A program made the position numbers and the translations under genes. Positions 14,802-27,312 of a stretch of 64,000 nt of DNA are shown piece by piece (positions within the stretch are counted from its first letter, which is position 1; every line of letters starts with the position of its first letter). The notes under the pieces were generated by a model that saw only the letters and a list, made by a program, of their open reading frames with translations, ran no database searches and was not told where the DNA came from. Origin of the DNA: Podarcis liolepis (Eukaryota); the NCBI GenBank assembly GCA_965112155.1, contig OZ218101.1. One strand, 5' to 3'.

Positions 14802-15316
14802 CCGTATTTTTTGCTCTATAGGACGCAATTTTCCCCCTCCAAAAATTAAGGGGAAATGTGTGTGTGTCCTATGGAGCGAATGCAGGCTCCTTGGCTTCAG
14901 CAATAGCAATGCGAAGCCTCTGAAGCGCAGAGGGAGTGCTCCCTCCGTGCTCTGGAGGCTTCGCGTTGCTTTCGCTGAAGCCTGGAGAGCGAGAGGGGTC
15001 GGTGCGCACCGACCCCTCTCACTCTCCAGGCTTCAGCGAAAGCAACGCGAAGCCTCGCGCTGTGCTCCAAAGGCTTCGGGTTCCTTTTGCTGAAGCCGGG
15101 AGAACAAGACTCTCCTGGCTTCAGAGAGGGAGAGCTGTGCAGCGCCCCTTCAGCGAAGCGGGAGGAGAAATGGAAGGGGCTCCGTTTCTCCTGCCGCTTC
15201 GCTGAAGGGGCGCTGAGCAGAGAGGGGGAGAATTTTTTTCCCCTGTTCTTCCCCACCTATGGTCCGGTACGTCCTATGTATATGGTCCGGTGCGTCCTAT
15301 AGAGCGAAAAATACGG
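14802..15316. mobile_element. Tc1/mariner-type MITE, family B, young CpG-rich copy with internal subrepeats
   Basis: TA|ccgtattttttgctctataggacgca...tgcgtcctatagagcgaaaaatacgg|TA; repeated gctgaagcc/ggcttcagc units; accounts for the four overlapping ORFs at 14794-15302. Confidence 0.88.
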
Positions 15317-15714
15317 TAACTGAGGATTCAGCAATACAGCAGCTAATATAATGTTTTAAGTGTGTTTTAAGTGCAATATACAATATGACACTAGTTGGCA
15401 ATGGTGAGCCTTATGGAAAATTCACGTATTTTTTTAAAGCTTTTAAAAAAGCATTTTCAGAACTTTTTTATATCTGTCTAGATTCCACCTGAGAGTGCTC
15501 CTGTCTGGAGTGGTTGTTCCTCTAACCAGAAGATTTGGGGTTGACCTGTCAGACTGCCCTGCAGCCTGCTGGTGTTGCTTTTTAATTGCAGGGCAATTCA
15601 TTGCCATTAACAATTATACATGACAAGACTGGTGTGCCATATATAACTGGGATCTCAGTGGGTGATTAAACTGGAAGGATTCTATCCTAGCTATGTATTC
15701 CAGTAGGAACAATC

Positions 15715-15886
15715 CTGTCAGCTAAGGTGGCCTCAATGGCAAGGAGTGCATATTTCCATCTATGGCTGGTTTGGCAGCTATGGTCATTCATGGACCAAGA
15801 TAGATTGTCACCAGTAACACATGCTCTAGTGACCTTAGTGTTTGTTTATTGCAATGTGTTCTGTGTGGGGCTGCCCTTGAAAACTG
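15715..15886 (+). mobile_element. L2 LINE ORF2 C-terminal fragment
   Basis: peptide ARSAYFHLWLV..VTHALVT..YCNVFCVGLPLK resembles the L2 motif HALVTSRLDYCNxLxxGLP. Confidence 0.75.
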
Positions 15887-16245
15887 ACCAGAGCATCTCT
15901 CATTTGTTGTGCTTGGCTAGCTGTTTGCTTTACCAGGAAGCCAAGACCCATGGAACAAGCACAGAGACAATTGTGTACAGAGAACACAAGTATGGATCAT
16001 CATAGTGCCTACTCTATGCCAGTGATGCTGACAAAACATACTTAGTTCTCCACCACCATTATATTCTCAAATAGCAGTCCTGTAGAACTTTGATAAAGGG
16101 ATTATTACAACACAGCTCTAGGATGGTTGTATTAGAACCCTCGAAGGCCTGCTTTTATTCATTAGAATGAATTATGAGGATGGCTCTTAAAGTCCACATT
16201 AACATATATCTTCCATTGCTCCCCTTTTCTGATTATGACACATGA

Positions 16246-16425
<180 letters not shown>

Positions 16426-17521
16426 TAATAACTAGCTGCCATTGACCCAGAGTGAGAATACAGAAATACTTTTAGGGTAGTAGCTCCTATTCAACCTTCA
16501 TCCATTTCAGCTGAGTTTGCACTTTGGGGTGAATTATGTTGGAAGTATCCTGTATAAATGCTTGATGTCAGAGGAATTATGTTTGTATATATTCAGTTTT
16601 TTGGTTCTGTACCAAAATATAATGTAAGAATAAATACCCTGAACCACTGCATAGAGCAACAATCATGACAGGTATATAGGATCTTTATTTATACCTTTAT
16701 TTAGCAGGATCTTACATTTAAAAACATCTTCCAGTTCTCATTAAAACAGTTAAAATAGTAGAACAGCTGCTTTATTAAAAAGATTTGTTAAAAAATAAGC
16801 TCTTTATTAGACTATCCTTCGAGGAACAAATTTAAATCTGTACATTGCAATTATAAATTGAAGCTAAGCCAAGGTAAAATACTGGCAGCATTCCTGCTTT
16901 AACCAACATGAACTAAGTTTCTCACAAAAGCTTATCCTCCTTCAGATAAGAATAGATTCTGTGCTTCCTTTCAAATTCTTTGTGTATTAAAAATAGACTT
17001 TTCTATTACAAAACAAGTAGACCATACAAAAAAATTAATATATAGTTGTACAAATGGCCAGATAATAAAGGGTATCCTTAATATGCCATCAGATGTGAAG
17101 TAATGCTGATGTAAGGAGAGCAAACAATAAGCTTGTATGATAGATGCATTTGAGTACACTCTCCAGTAGATAGAGGTGAATTTTTTCCATACCATAGGAA
17201 ACCTATTTTTCCAGATCCTCTTAAAATCCTCTTCCCAATTTCAGCTATATTCTTTTGGGGTCTATAGGAAGCAGACTGCATATTTAAAATTCTTCCTTAA
17301 GAACTTTAGTTTTTGAAGCTAGTTCAAGTGCCAGAAGAACATTCTAGTTCATCCAAAAAAGTGCTAAGTTCATTTGGGAAGTCTGGATGTGATTGTGTCA
17401 TTTTCAAAAAGAAAAGCTTTTTATTTAATTACAAGAGAATAGGTATCTTAATAGTTAAAGAATCTGTTGAGGTCATATTGAATCCCAATTCTGTCTCCAA
17501 TGCCACTGGGCCCAAACTTAC

Positions 17522-18304
17522 AAAATGAATTTCAGCAGCGACAAATGTCATGTTCTACACTTAGGCTGGAGGAATCAGCTGCACAAATATAAGATGGGGG
17601 ACATCTGACTTGCCAGTAGTACATTTGAAAAGGATCTAGGGGTTTTAGTAGACCACAAGCTTAACATGAGTCAACAGTGTGAGTTGAGTCAGCAGCAAAA
17701 AAAACAAAAAAAACCTGGTGCTATTCTAGGCTGTATCAACAGAAGTATAGCATCCCTATCAAGGGAATCAGTAGTCCCATCCTATTCTGCCTTGGTCAGA
17801 CTATGCCTGAAGTACTGTGTCCAGTTTTGGATACCACAGTTTAAAAAGGATATAGATAAGCTGCAACGTGTTCAAAGGTAGATGACCAAGATAATCAAGG
17901 GGCTGGAAACCAAGCTTATGAAGAACAGTTGAGGGAATTGGGTATGTTTAGCCTGGTAAAGAGGAGACTGAGAGGAGATATGATAGCCACATTCAGATAT
18001 CTAAAGAGCTGTCATATGGAAGATGGAGCAAGCTTGCTTTTTTCAGCCCCAGAAACTAGGACCCGAACCCCAATGGCTTCAAGTTACAAGAAAGGAGATT
18101 CCAATGAAACACCAGGAGGAACTTTCTGACAGGTAGAGCTGTTTGGCAGTGGAATAGGCTCCCACAAGAGGTGGCAAACTCTCCTTCACTGGAGGTTTTT
18201 AAACAGAAGTTCAATAACTATCTGTAATGGATGCTGTAGTTGAGTTTCTTGCATTGCAGGGGGACGGCTAGATGACCCTTGGGGTCCCTTCCAACTCTAT
18301 GATT
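17522..18304 (+). mobile_element. CR1 LINE 3' fragment (degenerate end of ORF2 plus 3' UTR)
   Basis: ORFs 17666 (ILGCINRSIASLSRE..YSALVR..YCVQFW.PQFKKDIDKLQRVQR) and 17929 (ELGMFSLVKRRLRGDMI) are CR1 ORF2 C-terminal motifs, with stops and frameshifts; ends ccttccaactctatgatt. Confidence 0.92.
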
Positions 18305-20330
18305 ATATAAAATAAGTTGTATTTTCCCATGCTAGCTTTGAAGCTCTGACTTTGCCTAGCTGTTTTTCTTTTATTTCCAAGTGTGCTAAAGGAGTCACAG
18401 AATAACGTTTCAAGAGGCATAACTGAAATCATATGAAGTCATCTTTGATCTTACATTAGAATTTCCGTATCCAGCAAAAAGATTTTTTGCAAGCTATCTT
18501 TTGTGTTTGTGCCAACTGTGTGCTGACTGAATGACTGCACTGTGCATGAATGCCAATATGAGTAGCAAGGCATTTCCTCAGCTACAGTCTCATTTTCATC
18601 CCACTACCGCTACACCATTCAGTTTGTGAAGGTGTCAGGGGTGCTATAACACACAGTTGGAAAGGCAAAGTTGATGAATGGTTAATCTCAAAGCTTCTGC
18701 TTAACACCTGCCTCAAAAAATATCATACTTCTTTCAGCAGTATACCAAAAGTGTTATGCTTTGGGTGACTGCTGCTGGTTGTTTCAGCAAGACTTAAGGC
18801 ATGTTAATAAATCTTGCAGCTAGAGACAAAGAAGACTTCTCTGGATCACCCCAGGAGCACTTTGGAAATTTATTATTCCCTCTATCCAGTGCTTACCTGA
18901 CCTTACAAAAGGGAAGGGCCACATGACTTATCCACAGCTGCTTTTTCTTCCTGTATATTGCCTCATTGCCAGGTCTTTTCCAGATCTCACCTTGCAGCCT
19001 GATCCTGATAATCTGTGTGGAAGACCAAGAACATCTTTCTAGCAGTTGATTCATGAGTAGGGACTATGTATTTCATCACTTTGGAACAATAGATTTGTCT
19101 CCAAATGCAACAGGGATAGAGAAATTCTTCAATGGTGCAAACCAAGTAGCTAACCCAGGCAGTTTTTATCTAAAAAGTAGTCAAGGTGACTACTCAGCAT
19201 TTTACCCCTCTGTTCATTTTTGGAAGAGAGCTTTCAACAAGATCCTGGTAAAAGATACATAGGTAATATTTGCGACAGTTTCTGGTTTTTCAAACTGAAA
19301 TAAAACCATTTAATTCTGACATTCATATAATTTGTAGTGTAGGGACTGACACTCCAGATTTTTGTATGCCACAGTAGATCCCATGAAACTGACACAAAGC
19401 ACATATGGAGTTCTCTGGATTATTCTTTAAAGGCTATTCATAAATTCTTATGGCATTCTGTAAATGTCAGTGACTGCATTTTCATAACTTCTTAGGAGAA
19501 AGTTTTTTCCTCTTCTCCAGTGATCTGCAGGGTTTCGCCTAAAATCAGATTTTAGTACTATTAGCTGTAACTGAACCATTATTTGAATCACTTAGTTTGG
19601 TAACACACTGTTTTCTGAATATTTCCTTTATTATTTAGATTAACCTTGCCTTTCAAATGCATTATGAGGGTGACTTTATCATAAAACAGCAACTCTGTTA
19701 ACTGTGGAATCAAGGGATCCTTAAATAGCTAGCTTCATTGTAATAACAGTTGGGAGAATATCAGAGCTGGGCCCAAATATCAGAGAGAATATCAGAGCTG
19801 GAGTGGTAAAAAGACCTTGTAGTTGTTTGACTACAAGTATTGCGAGATACATCTCCTAGGTGTTTATACAAACAGATGTCGCATACACTATTTCTTTACT
19901 GTTTTGAACCTTGAGATTTTGACTGAACGATTTGAAGCTAGATAGAAGCAAATAAAACTATTATTCAAAATGTTTGTCTGGTGTATGTGCAGGAGCATAA
20001 AGCAACAAATAACCACTTCTAAATATTGATGTTTATACCCAATATGAAACACAGAATGGCGAGGAATATAGTGGAACAAAGCCAAATAATGATTGTACTC
20101 AAAGAAATTTGTGCTTCAGATGATCCTCCTAAGATTAATTGCGTGGCTACATATGATGTATTGGGCCTTTTTGGCTGGGGTACTCTATTCTCTTTCTGAT
20201 AGTTCTTTTTCTAAGGCTTATGGTTTTGTAGATAGATTTCAATTTTTTTTCTTTGAAATATCCTTTTATGAACTAGGAGTTGGAAAAATACATAAGTTAA
20301 TAATAAAACCTATATCCTTGCTAGCTGTAG

Positions 20331-20957
<627 letters not shown>

Positions 20958-23900
20958 TAATTATATTTAAAATTGATTAGAAATAAATTGCATGTAGAAA
21001 AGGGAAATTGTTTAATTGCGAATATGACTTTTAATCATATCTTTTTCTGTACATCGTAGAAATAATTAGCTTTTGATACAAAAATTAACTTTTTATGCAT
21101 GCTAACTTGATAAATCAAATTTCAGAACAGCTTTATTTGCAGCACAGTTATTCTTCATGTTTATTATCATTATTTTTTTGGGGGGGGGTTCCATGGAGGG
21201 GTATTTTGCCTATACTAGTGTGCTTCTGTCTTGGATGCTAGTTTCTTTCACAGGCATGAATTTCTTGTTTTGTGATAAGTGTGTTTGTGTTGTTCCTCAA
21301 AATCTTTGATGGTGAATATGAAATATTTATTTCTAGTCCTAGGGCTCTTGCATTCTGGAAGGCTCCAATCCTAATAGTTTGAGTTAGGCAGTAGGTGTCT
21401 TTCCTAATTCAGTTTGCTCCTGCCTTCATCGAAAGCAGCCAGGCTGCCATTAAACTCCCACCTCTGTTCTGCTGAGACAATATTTTTCTTTCTTTGTATG
21501 ACTTTTCAGTCTGTCTTTCTGCCTTTTGCCCTGCTTGCATTTGGCTTATTTTCTCCCCTTTGTGGCTTGCTGGTTCACATTTTCTCTACTCTCTCCTTTA
21601 AAAAAAAAAAAAACACTAAAAAAATTAAAATCAACCCCTTTGCCTCCTCTTTGCCTAGCCTCTTCTCTACACCACTTTTTTCTTCTGGCTCTTTGGTGAA
21701 GAGTGGTGAGAGTGGAATACCAGCCTCTTTAAACACGGCTTTAGCAGGCAGCCTCAGGTCCAGGTGTGAGTGCTGTATCACTGTTTCAGAAGTGCCCCTT
21801 TAGTGGGAATGACAGCAGGGCACCCTTCCTCTGCAGCGTCTCGTGGCTCCAGCCAGCCAGTAGCCCACAAGGCAACAGAGGCTCCTGATTGGATCTTAAG
21901 AGTAGTATTCCATTGCTAGGGTAAAGTAATCCTCCCCCAGTTAGATTTGACTACAATATTTTGTCCTAGATAGGTCCTAGTTTCTCCTTTGTTGCTGTTA
22001 TGGATTTCTTGTACAATTAGGCTGGCCTAAATTTCAACATAGATAGATGCTGATTTAAAAGGGCAACATGCAATGAAAGATTGTTCACTAATACTGCACC
22101 ATTTTCTACTGCATACTGAAAACCCAGTAAACGAATGGGTGTAAAATATAAGCATAATAGCTACTGAGCATACAAGCCAAAACTCAAGTTTCTTGTTACT
22201 ATGGTTATCAGTATTCTGCTCATATTATTGGCACTTTATTTTACAGTATATGTACACGTCCCATATTTTACTGCTCTACTCCTTTGTCATTAACTGCAGC
22301 CTCACATTACAAAAGTGGGTGGAAATTTTCCTGACATAGAGAGATATGGTTTAAAAACTTGTCCTGCTTAATTTCTGCATCTTAAGATACTGTTAAAGGC
22401 ACCAGAAAAGAAAAAAAAATTGATAAGTGTAGATAGCAATACTTTTTCAAAATGTTAAATGGTTTACTGGGAACATTGCATACTTAACATTTATGAAGCA
22501 AAACCTGGTGAACAATAGTTGCCACTTCACAGCTTTCGCTGCTATTTTGTTCATTGCCCTGAGCAGGGATAAAATTCAGACTGGCAATATTTTTTAAAAA
22601 ATAAGTCATAAGGGGAAGTTGATTGAGGAGTACAGGAAGAGAAGTAAACTCTGAGCCTTATATATGTGTTTATATAAAATTATGCTTCCTGTGCTGAGAA
22701 GCCATACTGTGAGCCATACCTGTAATATGCTAGAAGATGCAAGATACTGTTTTCTGGTGCAACATACAAATTTTTGAAGTAGTGTAAAATAGATTCCTTC
22801 ATCTCAGAGGGTTTTGAAGATCCTCTCAGAATTTCTTTCATTTCATTCAGACCTACTTCAGCCATCTCTCATTTTGTAGAATGTGAAGAGAGAAAACTAT
22901 TTTTGCTGTGTATATTCCATTACTAGGTTAAGAAAGGTAATGCTATAGAGAGTAAAGCACATAGCACTGGTGGAAAATACTTAATGCAAGTGCTGAAACT
23001 GGCCATAAATTTTGCCTTAGCTGTTTAACATTCTGAGCAGAATAACAGTGTGTTGCTATCTGCCACAGCGAAAGCTTAAAAGGTCAATGAGAGATGTATT
23101 TCCCTGAACACTTGAGGACCTACAGCAGAATACACAATTGTCTAGTTTCCTGGCTCATATCCAACATGTTTTTGGAGCTGTGTGTGGAAGGAGCTGAAGC
23201 GATTCAAATTATTTATTAGTTAATTTATTAATATATATTTTTAAACACCCTCTTGGTTTAGATATCAGAACAGTGTACAAAATAAGACCAAAGTGGTCAT
23301 GCCACCATAGTAATAGTGAATAACTTGATGCTAATAAGGATAACAGTCTGCACCAGTCATACCTCTACATGCTTTGCACTGTATGCATAATAAACAATCT
23401 GGCAAACATAAGTGTACCTGAAGATTAAATTATACGGTGGCTCTTACAAAGTGACTTAGAACAATCACATGAGACATGCAACTCATGTGTACCAATTAAA
23501 GAAGCTACATTTTAACTTGAAATGGTAGATGTGGCATGGCTTACTATATGCCTAAAAATAATGGATCCTGGGATACAAGTACCATAAGCACTGATAACCG
23601 GGAAACACTGGCCTGCAAGCATTCCAACTGGAGAACAGCCTTTACCAAAGGTGTCACAGACTTTGAAGGAGCATGAACTCAGGGTGAAAAGGAGAAACGA
23701 GCTAAGAGAAAGGCACGTTTGACAACCCCTCACCAAGATCAACTCTCACCTGGAAACCTCTCTCCCCCCTGTGGAAGAATGTGTGGATCCAGAATTGATC
23801 CACAGTCACTTACGGACTCACTGTTAAGATGGTGTTCATGGAAGACAATCTTACTCAGCTACGAGTGATCACCAAAGAAAGAAGGGAAAGAACAAGTACC

Positions 23901-25026
23901 ATACCTCCTACTTTTTATACAGATTATATAATTTATACTTACAGCATTTTTATTGTGGTTCCTTTTTTATCTGGGAAGCATAAAGCAGTGTTGAACATCC
24001 TTTGGTTTAGCTGTGTAAACCTAAGTTGCTGTGTTTTTCCCCAAGGGCTTGCTGGGTAGGATAGACTTCGAAATGATATAGATCACTTGAGTTGTCTGCA
24101 CCAGACAGAATCTATTAAGTATAGTTGATGTTCTGGCTACTTTGTTAGTTCTTTGAATCTTCCCTGGCAGGCAGGCAGAAGGACCATTAACATGTTATAT
24201 TTCTCCCTCTGGAACTCTTCAGTGTAATAAATGCACATGTATCCAGTGGCATCTTGGATGTTCAAAGCTATAAAAAATGGCAAGTGATGTATCACTTTAG
24301 AAATATGAGTTCTGTTGAGTAGTTGAAAGTATACTACAACTGGGAAAGAACTTTCTGTTCTATAACAGCCAACATGTTTTTTATAAGTCATTCATTTGTT
24401 TAAAAAAATGTACCCAGTATAACCTGACATGATCACTCCTTGTATTCTTAACAGAACCAAACATAAGAAATAAAAGTCTAAAAATGAACTGTATAAAATA
24501 TGTATTTTATGCTTGGTTACATTTAAAGCTCCAATACAAATCCTTCCACTGTCAGGTGGCGTTGTGGCCTGGCCACAGCCATGTCTGCAACCTGGGAGCA
24601 TTGTCCGGGTGGATTCCAGCCTGCTCGCAGATTGGCCAATGGTGGGCAGTCATGGGCTGGAGTTCCCCAGGGGGCAGACCCAACTGACCAATAAGCGTCA
24701 CTTTGGGTCCACTCCCAGGGGGGATAAATTGACCAGGTTTTCTTCCCAGTGTGTCAGTCTTTGTTACTGCTTTTGCTGCTTTCAAAGGTTAGTCACTTAA
24801 ATTGATTTCCCAAATTTTCTTTCATTATAAATTTGGTTTCACTTCTAATCCAGTTTCATCACTATTTCTGATACTCCAATTTGATTATTGTTGACATGGG
24901 GCCTATGTGCTGTTGACAGTGTGGGATGCATGTGGTTAGAAGGCCAAAAAGGCAAGCAAGGTAGGGGTTTGATTTAAACTGATTTAAATTAGGCAAAATA
25001 TTTGTCAGTACATTGTTAGCTCTTTT

Positions 25027-26658
25027 GACTTCTGGAGAGGAAAATGGCGGACTAGATATCGCTTGTCAACAGTCTGTCGACAGAGATAATTATGTGGTGA
25101 TTAATGATAGTGAAAGGCATAAATCTTAGTTATTACATTCTCTCTGAGAAGAGAGTGGCCTAGAACAGAGGAATTTCAATCGTGTCCAAACACAACATAA
25201 TAGTCCTGAGGGTCAGTCCTGAGGGCATAAAGTGGGCAAAACCTCCCTTTCTTTAATTACTTTTGAGACTGTTATAAATTATAACTGAAGTGATCTCTCC
25301 GCTTGTTGAAATTTGCATCTGGGATGTGAACTGACTTATGAAGAGATGATCATTGAAAGGCTGAAAGCAAAACAGAATGTTTTAATAGTTTACGACTAAG
25401 AAAGATTTTAAGTGGCTAAGGAGCATTCCAACTGTTAGAAATTTTTATTTTATTCTTAACCTTCCATCCCTTTGATAAAAGTACTGGCTGCAAACTGAAA
25501 CTAGTTTTATTTATGCCTCTGTGGGAAAAGAATGCTGTCTGGAGATAAGGAGATGGGAGAGTCAAGCTGTTAAGGCAGAAAGACTTTAAGGTGGAGAGTG
25601 AGTTATTAATAAGACCAAGAACACTCAGTATGGCAAAAACACTGTTGGACACCCCATTGACTGTTGGCATCATGCAACGATTACTGGATGAGCAATTAAA
25701 ATTTGAGATCAGAGCTGAGATGGCTAAAAGGGTGAATGAAAATAGACCAGTGAAAGATGAGGTTAAAGAAGACACTGAACCCTTGGAAAATAATATTGAT
25801 AAATGACTGCCAGAATAGGAGAGTGGAATGGAAGAAGAGAAAATGGAAGTACTGGTTTTTTTATATATAAATTAGGATGGAAAACCACAACGAACAGGAA
25901 ATTGGAAGATATGGAACTGGGTGTGAATTAATGAATGAATAACTCTTGATTACAGGAAAGAGACTCCTGTATGAATAAAGATGAAGGATTTATTGCTTCT
26001 CAACATTGAAGGTAAAGTTATTGTGCTGGACAGGAGGAAGACTATTCTTGACATTTATCAATGATAATAATTGGAGAACCTCTTTTAGAGTTTGTGTAAG
26101 GAAGGGAAAAGGAATGGACTTGAGATGTCTGGATCTGAAGCCTGGAATAATATTGCCTAGCAGAAGGAGGAAAAGCTGGATACCTTTCTGGAGTGAATAT
26201 TTTGAATAATATTTATATATATAAAACTGACAGATGGAGAAATAGAAGCCCTTTTTATTTCTCTTTTCCTTTATTTTCTTTTTTCAGCCGCTTATTATTT
26301 TTATCTTCTTGCTTTTTTCCCTTCTGTTTCTTCTTGCTTTGTTTTTTTGTTTTGTTTTTGGTGTCCTATACTCTGGGTCACCGAAGGGATTGTATACACA
26401 TGAAGGTGATGGCTGGCTGGTGAAGGACCCCATGTGAGAGTCAGGTAGGGGAAGATCTCCCAGGGTGGGAGGCTGGGGGGAGAAGAAAGGGATGCTCCCA
26501 AGTGAGAGCTGGGAAGGTCCATCCCCTTCTGTGTGAATCAAGGATTAAGATACCTTTGTATTTACTTAACTCTTCCTTTTTCGTTTTCTCTTATTTAGAT
26601 TAGTTTGTTGTTGACTTATTGTATGATGAAAAACTTTTAATAAAAATGATGGAAAAAA
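25027..26658 (+). mobile_element. ~1.6-kb L1-like non-autonomous retroelement (5' UTR plus decayed ORF1-like coiled coil, no RT)
   Basis: starts gacttctgg..aaaatggcgg (YY1-like site); ORF 25591 is E/K-rich and coiled-coil-like; ends aataaaaat..gaaaaaa; flanked by a degenerate 17-bp TSD tacattgttagctcttt/tacattgccagttcttt. Confidence 0.6.
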
Positions 26659-27133
26659 TACATTGCCAGTTCTTTGTTTTGTTTTTCTTCGGTTTTGCTT
26701 GCAATGAAAAAACAACTCCTCTTTGAGCATTCTTTTTTTATATTAGAGATACCATAGTAGATTTGTTGTAATTTATTCCTTAGTGGTGTTTTTCATTATG
26801 GATTACTCTGTTGTTTTCTATTATTGATTTCCTCCCAGTCTTACAATAACTAAATGAAGAGCTTGCTTCATTCCCTGAAGCATATTCTTTCAGTAGTGGT
26901 TGCAGAAACAAGCTTTGTATGACATTCTTTGTGTCACTTAAACCATGTTACTCTTTTGTGTTTCAGCTACAGCCTTATGTAATTACTATATTCATCTGAA
27001 AAAGTTGCTATCTAAAGTGTTTTGAAGCAAGACACCTTTCCTCTGAGATAATATCTGGCTAAACTACAGACTTTTTGTTTTTTAAGCATAAATATTTTCA
27101 TTTTGGGAGTTAAGTGTTTTGATACATTGGTAA

Positions 27134-27312
27134 CATAGCTGTCAACCTTCGCTTTTTTGTGTGGGAAATTCCCTTATTCCAGCGCTGTTTCCCGCTGCTA
27201 TCTCGGATTGTTAGATATCCCGTAGACTGTCCCCGGGACAGGTGAGGCTGCTGATCCCTTATTTTTGAGGCTGCTGGTCCCTTATTTTCAAATCTGAAAG
27301 TTGACAACTATG
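27134..27312. mobile_element. hAT-type MITE
   Basis: TIR catagctgtcaac/gttgacaactatg; perfect 8-bp TSD attggtaa at 27126-27133 and 27313-27320. Confidence 0.88.

Noticed and set aside
14794-15302. Four overlapping ORFs of 71-119 aa
   Set aside because: By-product of a GC-rich, stop-poor palindromic MITE
19754-19802. Short local duplication gagaatatcagagctgg
   Set aside because: A simple slippage or repair duplication with no evident function
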